From the NCBI GenBank assembly GCA_034520945.1, contig JAXHNB010000002.1:160001-224000 (forward strand): a stretch of DNA of 64,000 bases. Reading direction: 5' to 3'. Shown here piece after piece: positions 18,908 to 28,935 of this stretch; position 1 is the stretch's first letter, and each line of letters begins with the position of its first letter. Origin of the DNA: Trueperaceae bacterium. Its GTDB lineage: Bacteria > Deinococcota > Deinococci > Deinococcales > Trueperaceae. Position numbers and translations under genes: made by a program. The notes under the pieces are model-generated. The model saw only the letters and a list, made by a program, of their open reading frames with translations, ran no database searches and was not told the DNA's origin.

Positions 18908-19798
18908 TCAGGTGCGAAGCGACGGGTCCAAGGCCTCGCGCAGGGCGTCCCCCACGAGGTTGACGGAAAGGACCGTCAAGAAGATCGCCAGGCCCGGCAT
19001 GACGCTGACCCACCAGGCGTCGGCGATGTAGTTGCGGCCGTCGGCGACCATGCCGCCCCACGTCGGCGCGGGCGGCGGGACGCCGAGCCCCAAGAAGCTC
19101 AGTGACGCTTCGACGAGGATCATGGCCGAGATGGTGAGCGTCCCGATCACCGTGATCGGCGCGACCAGGTTGGGCAGGAGGTGCCGCAGCATCACGCGCC
19201 GGTCGCTGCTGCCCAGCGCCTGGGCCGCCGCCACGTACTCGTTGGACATCAGACTGAGCACCTGCGCGCGCACGACGCGCCCGTAGGTGACCCAACCCGC
19301 CAGGCCCAACACCAGGATGGTGTTGCGCAGGCTCGGCCCCACCACCGCCGCCACCGCCACCACCAACACCAGGAACGGGATCGACTGTTGCACGTCGGCC
19401 AGGCGCATGACGATCTGATCCACCGCCCCTCGGTAGAACCCCGCCACCAGGCCGGCGCTCACCCCCACCAGCGCCTGAAGTGCGACCGCGCCCACGCCGA
19501 CGAGCATCGAAACCCGGGCCCCATACAGGATGCGGCTCAGCACGTCCCGCCCCAGGGCGTCGGTGCCCAAAGGGTGTCCCGCCGCGCTGTCGGGCAGCGG
19601 CCAGGGGGGACGAAGGCGCAAGGGAAGGCTCTGGTCGGTGGGATCGTGCGGGGCCAGCCACGGGGCGGCGATGGCCGCAATGATCGCCAGCAGGACGACG
19701 ACGACCGCCATCGTCGCCAGCGGCCTCGTGCGGGCGGCCAGGAGGAGGCGGCGAGCACGACGGCCGCCCATCGCCCCGGACGGTGCGGACCCGGTCAT
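18908..19798 (-). CDS. Peptide ABC permease (DppC/OppC)
   Basis: HPLGTDALGRD, EASLSFLGLG, NLVGDALREALDP. Confidence 0.93.
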   Translation of the reverse strand: MTGSAPSGAMGGRRARRLLLAARTRPLATMAVVVVLLAIIAAIAAPWLAPHDPTDQSLPLRLRPPWPLPDSAAGHPLGTDALGRDVLSRILYGARVSMLVGVGAVALQALVGVSAGLVAGFYRGAVDQIVMRLADVQQSIPFLVLVVAVAAVVGPSLRNTILVLGLAGWVTYGRVVRAQVLSLMSNEYVAAAQALGSSDRRVMLRHLLPNLVAPITVIGTLTISAMILVEASLSFLGLGVPPPAPTWGGMVADGRNYIADAWWVSVMPGLAIFLTVLSVNLVGDALREALDPSLRT

Positions 19799-20712
19799 GC
19801 GAGCCGAATCCTAGGGTCGAGGGCACCGTACAGGAGATCGATCACGAGGTTCACGAAGGCGACGGCGACCGCGACCAGCAGCACGAACGCCTGCACGATC
19901 GGGAAGTCCAGGTTTCCTAGCGACTGCACCAGCAGCAGGCCTGCGCCGGGGTAGGCGAACACCGTCTCGGTAACGATCGCGCCGCCGACCAACTGGATCA
20001 CCTGCAGACCCAGGACGGTCAGCACGGGAATGGCGGCGTTCCGGAGGGCGTGCACGAAGACGGTCGCCGTCTGGGAGCGGCCCTTCGCCCGCGCGGTGCG
20101 CACGTAGTCGCTGGCCAGCACCTCGAGCAGGCTCGAGCGCAGCAGGCGATTCAGGAACGACGCCGCGGCCGTGCCCAGCGTGATGGCCGGGAGGACGAGG
20201 TGCGCGGCGGTCCCCCGCCCGCTGGAGGGGAGCCAACCGAGTTGCACCGAGAAGAACAGGATCAGCACGATGCCGAGAAAGAAGTTGGGAAGCGCCTGCC
20301 CGATCAGGGCGACGGTGACGCCGAAGCGGTCGATCCAGGAGTCGGGGTGGAGCGCGGAGAGGATGCCGAGCGGAAGCGACACCCCGATGGCGACCAGCAG
20401 CGACGCGCCGAGCAACTGCAGGGTCGCGGGCAGCCGGTCGAGGACCATGCCCAATGCGGGTTGCTGGTGACGCAACGACGTTCCCAGGTCGCCTTGGAGC
20501 GCACCCAAGACGAAGTCGACGTACTGGACGGGCAGGGGCCGATCGAAGCCAAGCGCATGGCGCAGGCGCTCGACGTCCTCGTCGGTCGCGTCGAGCGGGA
20601 CCATGAGCGCCGTGGGGTCTCCTGACAACCGCACGAGCAGAAACACCAGCAGCGACACGCCGAAGAGCACGAACACGGAGTACAGCAGGCGGCGCAACAG
20701 GTAGGCCGTCAT
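19795..20712 (-). CDS. Peptide ABC permease (DppB/OppB)
   Basis: YLLRRL, GDLGTS, YVRTARAKG, ETVFAYPG, DLLYGALDPRIR. Confidence 0.93.
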   Translation of the reverse strand: MTAYLLRRLLYSVFVLFGVSLLVFLLVRLSGDPTALMVPLDATDEDVERLRHALGFDRPLPVQYVDFVLGALQGDLGTSLRHQQPALGMVLDRLPATLQLLGASLLVAIGVSLPLGILSALHPDSWIDRFGVTVALIGQALPNFFLGIVLILFFSVQLGWLPSSGRGTAAHLVLPAITLGTAAASFLNRLLRSSLLEVLASDYVRTARAKGRSQTATVFVHALRNAAIPVLTVLGLQVIQLVGGAIVTETVFAYPGAGLLLVQSLGNLDFPIVQAFVLLVAVAVAFVNLVIDLLYGALDPRIRLA

Positions 20713-20891
20713 GACGGAGGTCCGTTCGAACCGTCGTTCGGCGAAGCGATGACGCGAGGCGACATGCGGCGAATGATACGTGATCAAAGGACCGCGCGTC
20801 GGTTCGACGTTCGACGTGCGGCGGATCGGCGCCGCTGCGTGCGCATGACCCGCAAGGATAGGCTCGGGCAACGGAACCGGAGGTGCGTAAA

Positions 20892-21743
20892 ATGCAATAT
20901 GACGTAAATCTCAGCGGATGCGTGGCGCTCGTCACCGGTGCCGGCCGCGGCTTCGGGTGGGGCATCGCGGTGGCGGTGGCGCGCGCCGGTGCCCGCGTGT
21001 GCGTCACCGATGTGAACGAAGACGACATCACGCGCGCCGTGTCGGACATCGAGGCCGAGGGCGGCACGGCCTGGGGGCGCGTGCTGGACGCATCCGACCG
21101 CGACGCCTTCCGCGCGGCCGTGGACGAGGTGGTGGCACGGTGGGGACGGTTGGACGCGCTGATGCATGCCGCGATCTACATGCCGTTGGTGCGCTTCGAA
21201 GCGTTGGACGACGCCTCCTGGGACCGCCAGCTCGCGGTGGGCCTCGGGGGGTTCTACGCCGGGATTCGGGCGTCGCGGCCCACCATGGTCCGGCAGGGAC
21301 GCGGGCACGTGATCGGGATCGCCAGCGGCTCCTCCGTGCGCGGCTACCCCTACGAAGTGCCGTACTGCACCCTGAAGCACGCCCAGGAGGGCATGGTCCA
21401 GGCCCTAGCGATGGAGACGCGTCACCTCGGTCTGGCCTTCAACACCGTCGGCCCCGGCGCCCCGATCAAGACGACGCGCGTCAGCTGGGAGGAGCTCGAG
21501 GCGATGCCGCCCGATGAAACACGTGACTGGGTCGATCCGCGCGAGCTGGGCCGCGCCTTCGCCTGGCTGGTGGCGCAGGAGCCCGCACGCCTGTCCGGGT
21601 TCCGCCTGGACGCAGGACCGATCGTGCGCACGCTGGACACTGAGGGGCCGTCGTTCGAGCCGACGGCCGACAAGGTCTCCGCCTACCCCGACGCCTTCCG
21701 TGCACGGGCGGCGTGGTACGCGCAGCAGGAGGAAGGAGCGTGA
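20892..21743 (+). CDS. SDR family oxidoreductase
   Basis: VTGAGRGFG, GRLD and YCTLK motifs; RBS GGAGGT. Confidence 0.88.
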   Translation: MQYDVNLSGCVALVTGAGRGFGWGIAVAVARAGARVCVTDVNEDDITRAVSDIEAEGGTAWGRVLDASDRDAFRAAVDEVVARWGRLDALMHAAIYMPLVRFEALDDASWDRQLAVGLGGFYAGIRASRPTMVRQGRGHVIGIASGSSVRGYPYEVPYCTLKHAQEGMVQALAMETRHLGLAFNTVGPGAPIKTTRVSWEELEAMPPDETRDWVDPRELGRAFAWLVAQEPARLSGFRLDAGPIVRTLDTEGPSFEPTADKVSAYPDAFRARAAWYAQQEEGA

Positions 21744-21750
21744 GGCCGGC

Positions 21751-22800
21751 ATGACGCAGAGGGACGATGGAGATACCGATCGGGACGCCCCGGTGCGCTG
21801 GGGCATCCTCGGCGCGGCCAATATCGCCCGCAAGGCGGTCGGGCCCGCCATCGTGGCGTCCGGCAACGGCGTCGTGGCGGCGGTGGCGTCGCGGGAGCGG
21901 CCGAAGGCCGAAGCATTCGCGCGCGAGCTGGACGCGGCGCGCGCCCACGAGGGGTATCAGGCGTTGCTGGAGGACGGCGACGTCGAGGCGGTGTACGTGC
22001 CTCTCCCCAACGCGTTGCACGAGGAGTGGTCGATCCGCGCCCTGGAGGCCGGCAAACACGTCCTGTGCGAGAAGCCGTTGGCGCCCACCGCGGCGGCGTG
22101 CCTGCGCATGAAGTACGCCGCGGAGGCGGCGGAACGCCACCTGATGGAGGCGTTCATGTACCGCTTTCACCCGCGGACGCGGGCGGCGACGAGGCGGCTG
22201 CATGGGGGCGTCGTCGGTGCGCTGCGTCAGTCGTCGGCCACGTTCACCTTCCGGCTGCGCGACCGGGGCAACGTTCGATACTCGAAGGACCTTGCCGGCG
22301 GTGCCCTGCTGGACGTCGGGTGCTACACCGTGGACGCGAGCCGGAGGTTGATGGGCGAGGAGCCGATCCGGGCGGTTGCCATGTCGTCCTGGACGGACAG
22401 CGGCGTCGATGCCGAGACCGTGGGCATGCTGGCCTTCCCCTCCGGGGCGACGGCCTCGATCTCCTGCGCCCTGACGTTGCCCCGTGTCGAAAAGATGCGC
22501 GTGCAGGGCGAAGAGGGGACGCTGCGATTGCCGCGGGCCTTCCTGCCGGGGATCGATCCCGTGGAGATCCAGGTCGACGCGGCCGACGGCGCGTCGGATG
22601 CCGAGCGGGTGAGCGGCGTGGACCAATACCGGCTGATGGTGGAGGCGTTCGCAGCGCGCGTCCAGGGGCGCGACGTGGATGCGCCCGCCTCCGACGCGGA
22701 GGAGGCGGCCCGCACCCTGCGCGTGCTGGACGCGCTGGCGGCCTCGGCGCAGGGCGGCGGCCGACCTGTGGAGGTCGCTGCGGCGTCGGCCTCGGTTTGA
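21751..22800 (+). CDS. Gfo/Idh/MocA family oxidoreductase
   Basis: RWGILGAANIA, YVPLPNALH, GKHVLCEKP, MEAFMYRFHP, GGALLDVGCY. Confidence 0.92.
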   Translation: MTQRDDGDTDRDAPVRWGILGAANIARKAVGPAIVASGNGVVAAVASRERPKAEAFARELDAARAHEGYQALLEDGDVEAVYVPLPNALHEEWSIRALEAGKHVLCEKPLAPTAAACLRMKYAAEAAERHLMEAFMYRFHPRTRAATRRLHGGVVGALRQSSATFTFRLRDRGNVRYSKDLAGGALLDVGCYTVDASRRLMGEEPIRAVAMSSWTDSGVDAETVGMLAFPSGATASISCALTLPRVEKMRVQGEEGTLRLPRAFLPGIDPVEIQVDAADGASDAERVSGVDQYRLMVEAFAARVQGRDVDAPASDAEEAARTLRVLDALAASAQGGGRPVEVAAASASV

Positions 22801-22867
22801 GCACGGCCTGTGCCCGGGCGTCCTCAAGCCGCGCCTGGGCGCCTGATCCCGGGGTAGCGTCCAGAGC

Positions 22868-24082
22868 GTGAACGAGGGCTACCCCAGCGACGCGTCACGA
22901 CGCCGACGCTTGAAGCGCGAGGTGTGGGGCGCGCCGCGACGCTTCCGCGCCAGTTGCGCGCTGGGGCTCGAGGAGATCCTGCATGCCGAGGTCGCGGCGT
23001 TGCCGGAGGTGCACCACGCGGTGGCCCGGCCGGGGGAGGTGGCGTTCGACGGGGCGTTCGAGGCGGTGTACGCCGCCTTGCTGCGGCTCCGCAGCGCCGA
23101 CACGTTGCGCCTGTCGCTGGGCGAGATGCCGGCCGAGACCTTCCCGATGCTGTTCGATCAGCTGACACGCCTGTCGTGGCCGCTGTTCTTGCCGCCGCGT
23201 TGCGACCTCGAGGTGCGCGTGCGCAGCCGCAAGTCGCGGCTGCGGGACGCGGACGGCTTGGAGCGGACGCTGCGAAAGGCGGTGGCGGGGCAGGGCATCG
23301 AGACGCGGGCGCACGGTGCGCCGCGCCTCACCGTGGTGCTGGAGTTGTGGCGCGATCGCGCCGAGGCGTGGCTGGACGCGGCCGGGGAACCGTTGCACCG
23401 ACGCTGGGGCGACAAGTGGGTGGCGCGCACCTCGCTCCGGGAGACGACCGCGGCGGCGGTGGGCCTCTTCGCGTCGGTGGGGAATGCCGACCTGGTCGTG
23501 GATCCGTTCTGCGGGTCGGGCACGCTGTTGCTGGAGGCAGCCGACCTGATCGACGGAACCTGCCCGGGCGGCCGGCGTCCCTACGCCCTGCAGGGGTCAC
23601 CGTGCTTCAAATCCGAACGGATGCGGCACGCCTGGCGGCGCGACTGTGTCGACGCCGAGGCGCGCGCCGCCTCGAACCGCGCGCCGCGGCCGCCGCTGCT
23701 CGGCTGGGACGTGGATGCGGACGCCCTCGAGGCGGCCCGCGCCAATGTCGAACGGGCGGGGCGGACCGATCAGGTGCGGTTGGCGCGACGCGACGCGCGC
23801 GAGCTGGACCTGCCCGGCCTGGCCCGTACCGTCTCGGCGCGCATGCCGACGATCGTGAGCAATCCGCCCTACGGTCGTCGCGCCCTGGCGGTCGGTGGCG
23901 ATTCCGGGTGGCTCCTCGCGGAGGTGCTGCGTGCAGCGCCGGGTTGGCGGTTCGCGCTGGTGTACCCCGTGCCGGCGCACGCCGAGGCCGCGCCCGGGGT
24001 ACAGGTCGAGGAGGTGCGCTCCGTCCGCATGCGGGGCCTGCGCACCCACCTGATCCGCGGTCGGGTGGCGGACGGGCGCTGA
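22868..24082 (+). CDS. THUMP-domain class I SAM RNA methyltransferase (RlmL-like N-terminal module)
   Basis: GLEEIL, GEPLHRR, LRETTAA, DPFCGSGTLLLEA and NPPYG motifs; TAGCGT 7 nt before GTG. Confidence 0.8.
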   Translation: MNEGYPSDASRRRRLKREVWGAPRRFRASCALGLEEILHAEVAALPEVHHAVARPGEVAFDGAFEAVYAALLRLRSADTLRLSLGEMPAETFPMLFDQLTRLSWPLFLPPRCDLEVRVRSRKSRLRDADGLERTLRKAVAGQGIETRAHGAPRLTVVLELWRDRAEAWLDAAGEPLHRRWGDKWVARTSLRETTAAAVGLFASVGNADLVVDPFCGSGTLLLEAADLIDGTCPGGRRPYALQGSPCFKSERMRHAWRRDCVDAEARAASNRAPRPPLLGWDVDADALEAARANVERAGRTDQVRLARRDARELDLPGLARTVSARMPTIVSNPPYGRRALAVGGDSGWLLAEVLRAAPGWRFALVYPVPAHAEAAPGVQVEEVRSVRMRGLRTHLIRGRVADGR

Positions 24083-24155
24083 GCGGACGCCGCAGGGCGC
24101 GGGTGCGCCCGGGATGGGTCACGCGCGGACGCGACGCGGTCGCGATCCCGCGGTG

Positions 24156-25349
24156 TCAGGGCTCCTCTTGGGAGCCCGAGCTGCCGGGCAGCACGTACCG
24201 CAGGTTTCGGGTGCGGCCGAGCGCCTCCAGCGCGCCCTCGTCGCGCATGCGTCGCAGGTCCGCCCCGGCGGTGGCGCGACTGACGTGAAACGCCTCGGCG
24301 TAGGCACCGACCGTCCACACGAACCCCTCCCGGGCGCGCCTCAGCGTCTCCTCCCGCCGTTCGGCCGGTGGTGGCGGGGCGTGCGACCGGCCCTGTCGGC
24401 TGCCGTGGCGGGCCTCCGGGGGGCGCAAGGCGTCCGGGGCGCCGGCAAACAACGGCGGAGGCTCCGCCTGCGCGGCGACGGAGGCGGACCCTCGCGTGTC
24501 GTGCGGCGGCTCGGTCGTCGCGGGCATCTCCGCGCTCGACGTGTCGTGCCCCTTCCGGAAGGCGTTGGCGCACGCGGCCAGCCAGCGGTAGGCCAGGTCG
24601 GCGGCGAACTTGGGCGACTCCGCGAAGGTGACCGGCACGTTCGGGTGGGTCGCCTGCAACGCCGCCAGCAGGTTGGTGAGCCAGCCGGCACGGCTGCGTT
24701 CACCGGCTTCGAGGTACTGACCCAGGCGGCCCTCCACGACCACCATGGCGCGGGGCAGCGTGGCCAGCTCCGCCATCGTCAGCGACAGCGTGCCCGATAT
24801 CGCGTCGTTGGCGAGCTCGTCCGGCCGCTTGCGTTCGACGGCGGCGATCAGCAGCTCGCCGTCGAAGACGCCGTAATCGCCGACGGGGAGGCGCCGCCGG
24901 TCGGTGGTGACGGGATAGTTCGCGAACCGCCACGGGTAGCGCTCGCGGGTGTCGATGGTGAGGTGCAGCGCATCTTCGAGGCCGCGCGCCTGCGGCACGC
25001 GCAGGCCCGGCCGCGAGGTGCGCATGGTGCGGTCGCTGCGCCAGAAGATCAGCGTGCGGCCCCGCCGTTGCGTGTAGACGAAGATGCTGCGGCGCCGTGC
25101 GGGCCGGTCCAGTACCAACTGGACGGATGCGCCGGAGCGCCAGCAGTTCACCACCGGCACTTCCTCGAGCACCTCGGCGTCCTCGGGCCAGGCGTCGAAC
25201 GCGTGGCAGTACAGATCGCGGGTGACGGGCCAGCGATCCCGCGTCGCCAGCACCAGCGTCTCGCCCTGCAGGGGGAGGTGCAGCAGGTAGGGCAGGCGGG
25301 AGCGCGGGTCGGGGTTCCGGGCGACGAGGAAGGCGTGTGCGGCCGTCAT
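24156..25349 (-). CDS. ERCC4/XPF-type nuclease domain protein with C-terminal winged HTH
   Basis: ARNPDPRSRLPYLL N-terminus; IDTRE, GDY, VERK and VVEG motifs; C-terminal WTVGAYAEAFHVSRATAGADLRRMRDEG. Confidence 0.8.
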   Translation of the reverse strand: MTAAHAFLVARNPDPRSRLPYLLHLPLQGETLVLATRDRWPVTRDLYCHAFDAWPEDAEVLEEVPVVNCWRSGASVQLVLDRPARRRSIFVYTQRRGRTLIFWRSDRTMRTSRPGLRVPQARGLEDALHLTIDTRERYPWRFANYPVTTDRRRLPVGDYGVFDGELLIAAVERKRPDELANDAISGTLSLTMAELATLPRAMVVVEGRLGQYLEAGERSRAGWLTNLLAALQATHPNVPVTFAESPKFAADLAYRWLAACANAFRKGHDTSSAEMPATTEPPHDTRGSASVAAQAEPPPLFAGAPDALRPPEARHGSRQGRSHAPPPPAERREETLRRAREGFVWTVGAYAEAFHVSRATAGADLRRMRDEGALEALGRTRNLRYVLPGSSGSQEEP

Positions 25350-25483
25350 GGCTCGGTCCACGCTACCGCGCCCGCGGTCGTCGGCTGCTCGATGTGCGGC
25401 ACGGGACCGCCGTGGGGGCGTCGATCTGGCGATCTGACGCCCCCACGGCGAAGGTTCTGCCGTGCGCCCGCGGTCCGGAGGGC

Positions 25484-26433
25484 TTAGCGCCCGGTCGGCC
25501 CGAAGGACAGCCCGTACGTTTCGCTCCGGGTGGTGGACAGGAACAGGGCCGCGTCGCCCTGCGTGTGCACCGACAGGCCCTGTCGGCCTGCGGAGGTGAC
25601 GCTGCCCGAGAAGCCGCTGCCCAACTCGCTTCTGGGTGTCGGCGGGGAACGTGAACGAGCCGTCGTCCGGCGCGAAGCAGGTGACGCTGGTCAGATCGGT
25701 GATCGACACCACGGTGATCACCACGACGGTGTCCGCGCTGCCGCCTGCGGCCGACCACGAGAACGTGGTGTCGACGTCGACGGCGCCGCTGGCACCCGGG
25801 TCGGCGGGCGCGGTCAGCGTGAACGGATCCACGTCGGGGAATGCCGCGTCGGTGAAGGCAGGGAAGTCGGCACCGGGAGGAATCGTGAGCGTCAGCCCGC
25901 TTGGGAGCGGCGTGGCAGGCTCCTCACCGCCGAGGTCGTAGGCGATGACGGTGGTGCCTCCGGCCGTCCACTTGATTCAGCGTGGCGTAGGCCTGCCCGT
26001 TCGCCTCGACCTGCAGCGGGTCGCCGGCGTCGAGGAACTCGAATGAGATGTCGGGCAAGGGAATGTCCCCGCCGAACGGTTCCTCGTCGTCGAGGGAGAA
26101 CACGGAGCAGGTATCGACTTCGGCCGCGAACGGGTCCGACAGGAAGTCGGACGGCAACGTGGTCGAGAACTCCATGAATCCCCCGCCGCCCGTGACGGTC
26201 GTTTCCGTCTGCGCGCGCTGGAACTGCGCGCCACCCTGCGAGGACTGCTCGTCCAGGTTGGCGTAGCCGACCTGCGTCGTGCCGTTTCCGCCGTTCGGGC
26301 CCTCGTCGGGCCCATTGTCGCCATTGCCATCGCCGTTGCCGGAGCCGCCGCCCGAGCAGGCCACCATGACGACCGAAGCGCCGAGCGCCAACGCGGACGT
26401 CCGAACCAGCCGAGTGAAGAACGTCGATCTCAT
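25484..26433 (-). pseudogene. Lipoprotein with two apparent +1 frameshifts (or sequencing indels)
   Basis: Lipobox MVAC and Gly/Asn/Asp linker; coding signal continues after shifts near 25965 (TAGGTTVIAYD...) and 25632 (SELGSGFSG...GPTGR*). Confidence 0.7.
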
Positions 26434-26589
26434 ACTTGCTCCTTTCGCCTCCGTTCGTCGCCGATGCTGGAACGCCGACCCAGGGCCACGGACCATGCAC
26501 CCATAGGGTTGCGCGCACGCGACGAAACGTTGAACGAGGTGGAGTGTAGCAGGTCGAGGAGGCCCGGTTACGGATGGGTTGGACGCACG

Positions 26590-27837
26590 TCACGGCCCGC
26601 TGGCTCCCATCGGACGTCGGAAGATGCTCGGGCCGAAGGTGGACAGAAGGGACACCAGCACCACCGCCGGCGGCGCCAGGCTGGTCCAGGCCGCCACGGG
26701 AAGCACCCAAGTCCCCGTTGCGCCGCGGGGCCACACGCCGGTGAGGGGCAGCAGGCCGGCCAACAGGACCAGCGTGGCGGCCGTCGTCCAGCCCGGCGCG
26801 CCCGCGATGGTGGCGCCGAACCGGTCGCGGGCGGCCGCCAGCAATCCCAAGGTCAGCCCACCCAGCAGGTAGGCGTGCAGCCACAGCACCCGCAACGCCA
26901 TGGCGTCGCTCCAGGCCTGGCCGGCGGGCAGGGCCAGGACGACCGCGATCCCGCCCTTGAGCGCCAACAGCGCCAGCGGGACCGACCACGCGCTGCCCCT
27001 CCGGCGGACCTCGTCCTGCAGCAACGGCATGCACGCCAGCAGCAGCCCCATGCCGGCCGCGACGCCGGCCGCGGCCGCGACCGGGACGGCGAGCTCGGTG
27101 CCGGTGTCGCGGGCCAGCCGCGCGACGGTGCGAACCGCCAGTGCAACACTCAGCAGGTCGATGGCCGGCCGCGCCAACCGGCTTCGCGCCGCGTCGGGCC
27201 GGGCGGCGTACGCCAGCGCCAGCAGCGCCAGCGCGAACCAGCCGTCGGCGAAGGGGTCCAGGAACGCCGCCACCAGCGCTTGCATCCAGTCGGGCGACGC
27301 GAGCCCGCCGGCCCCCAGGGCCGCCAGCCCGAGCGCGCCGAGCGAGGCGAAGAGCAGCAGGAACAGCGCAGCGTCGAGGGCGTGCCGGACCGTGCCGTCC
27401 GAGGCGTGGCGCCTGGCCCGCAGGTACACGGCGGCGTAGGCGTACCACGCGGCCCCGTTCAGGCCGGCCGCCATCATCGACAGCGGCAGCTCCCGGCCGA
27501 ACAGCGTGGTGGGGTGATAGCCGCTGGTCAGGAACGGAAGGTACGCCAGCAGGCCCGCGACCACGGCCGCGGCCGCCACCCAATACCCGCGCGCGGCCGG
27601 GTGCAGCGTGCGCAACGCCAGCATCATCAGCGCGGGCGTGACCCACGCGAAGAACATCAGGTGCGAGTGCGCGTGTCGGGCGTTCTCGAACGACAGGCCC
27701 CAGGGGAGGCCGTGCATCATGGCGAAGCGCATGCCGGCCCCGGTCACGGCGGCCAGCACGAAGCATGCCAGCGCGGCGTGCCAGACAGCGCGGGCGATGC
27801 GAGCGTCTCCTTGGGGGGGCGGTTCCGGCACGATCAT
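26590..27837 (-). CDS. Polytopic membrane protein with HAHSH and HAYLLG motifs (NnrS/heme-copper-like, function unknown)
   Basis: About 12 hydrophobic segments; NARHAHSHLMFFAW and WLHAYLLG. Confidence 0.7.
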   Translation of the reverse strand: MIVPEPPPQGDARIARAVWHAALACFVLAAVTGAGMRFAMMHGLPWGLSFENARHAHSHLMFFAWVTPALMMLALRTLHPAARGYWVAAAAVVAGLLAYLPFLTSGYHPTTLFGRELPLSMMAAGLNGAAWYAYAAVYLRARRHASDGTVRHALDAALFLLLFASLGALGLAALGAGGLASPDWMQALVAAFLDPFADGWFALALLALAYAARPDAARSRLARPAIDLLSVALAVRTVARLARDTGTELAVPVAAAAGVAAGMGLLLACMPLLQDEVRRRGSAWSVPLALLALKGGIAVVLALPAGQAWSDAMALRVLWLHAYLLGGLTLGLLAAARDRFGATIAGAPGWTTAATLVLLAGLLPLTGVWPRGATGTWVLPVAAWTSLAPPAVVLVSLLSTFGPSIFRRPMGASGP

Positions 27838-27875
27838 CCAGCGTGGAGGATAGGCCGGCACCGCCCGGGCCGTCC

Positions 27876-27889
27876 TCGACCTGGGTCAA
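27876..27889 (-). promoter_or_regulatory. Crp/Fnr-type box upstream of the HAHSH membrane protein
   Basis: Minus strand TTGAC-CCAG-GTCGA; -10-like TATCCT at 27852-27847, placing the box centre near -41. Confidence 0.6.
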
Positions 27890-28006
27890 ACGCGGGTCGG
27901 GGTCGAACGCCGGGCTCTGTCGAGCGTGTCCTGGTCGCGCCGACGCCGTCGGTGACCCACGGGGGGTGCGACGCCCCCCAGGTCGCAGCTCAGATCCGGT
28001 CGAACC

Positions 28007-28087
28007 TCAGAAGATGGCGCACGAGGCCAACACGACGGCGAGCACGAATCCGATGATGGCGATTTGGGGGCCGGGGCCGGTGGACAT
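28007..28087 (-). CDS. 26-aa hydrophobic small protein
   Basis: MSTGPGPQIAIIGFVLAVVLASCAIF*; strong RBS GGGAGG about 7 nt before ATG; GC3-biased codons. Confidence 0.55.
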   Translation of the reverse strand: MSTGPGPQIAIIGFVLAVVLASCAIF

Positions 28088-28285
28088 GAAGGAACCTCCC
28101 GTAGGGAGCACGCGCGGAGCGGTGGGTTCGGACGCCTTACGCCTACCATGGAGCGTGCACGGCGCGCCAAGGTTCGTGCGGGGGTGAACACGGCAGGAAC
28201 GCACGCTTCGTCGTCGTTCATGGGGCCGAGGGCCGGCGTTTCAGCAGGCACCGGGGCCGACCGCGGCGACGACTAGCATGGCCCC

Positions 28286-28814
28286 ATGACGTCCCACCAT
28301 GATGCGTCCCGCGAATCCCGACCCGTGCCGGACCCCAAGCAGGAGCACTACCGCGAGTTGCGCCTCCGCGTGCGCGGCCTCGTGGAAGGACGAGAGCGAC
28401 TGGCTCGCCAACCTCGCCAACGTGGCGGGGGCCGTGTACGAGTGGCTCCCGGACGTGAACTGGGTGGGGTTTTACCTCCTCAAGGACGGCGAGCTTCGCT
28501 TGGGACCGTTCCAGGGGAGGCCCGCCTGCGTCCGCATCGCGGTGGGTTCCGGCGTGTGTGGCACGGCCGTCGCCAAGGGGCGCACGCAGGTCGTGCCGGA
28601 CGTCCACGCCTTCCCGGGGCACATCGCCTGCGACCCGGCATCGCGAAGCGAAATCGTGGTGCCGATCCGCGACGAGGGCGGAACGGTGCAGGCCGTGCTC
28701 GACATCGACAGCCCCAATGCTGGCCGGTTCGACGACGAGGACCGTGTGGGGCTCGAGGCGCTGGTCGCCGCCTTCGCGCCGCATGTCGATTGGGAACGTG
28801 CTCGGCAGACGTGA
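28286..28814 (+). pseudogene. msrC: GAF-domain free Met-(R)-sulfoxide reductase (MsrC/YebR) with a +1 frameshift near 28389
   Basis: KQEHYREL...VEG then shifted ESDWLANLAN, NWVGFY, LGPFQGRPAC, GVCG, FPGHIACD, SEIVVP, LDIDS. Confidence 0.8.
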
Positions 28815-28848
28815 ACCGGTTCGCGGTGCGGCCAGCCCGTGCGGCTGC

Positions 28849-28878
28849 TTGACCCGAAGGGGCCCGACCGCATAGATT
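28849..28878 (+). promoter_or_regulatory. Candidate sigma-A promoter of tctCBA
   Basis: TTGACC-18 nt-TAGATT. Confidence 0.45.
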
Positions 28879-28935
28879 GGCAGGCGCACGTAGCAAGCAC
28901 AGACCATCGTCTCGTACTCATAGAGAGGACGCATC

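Noticed and set aside
20727..20740. Perfect Gram-positive SOS box CGAAC-CGTC-GTTCG
   Set aside because: Lies before a peptide permease/SDR pair, single copy, absent from the imu promoter; may be chance
24156..25832. 558-aa ORF as an ERCC4 fusion protein
   Set aside because: Its N-terminal part is the middle of the frameshifted lipoprotein; the nuclease starts near 25349
27890..28005. tRNA or SRP RNA
   Set aside because: Hairpins and GTTCGA present, but no cloverleaf or SRP GGAA domain could be built
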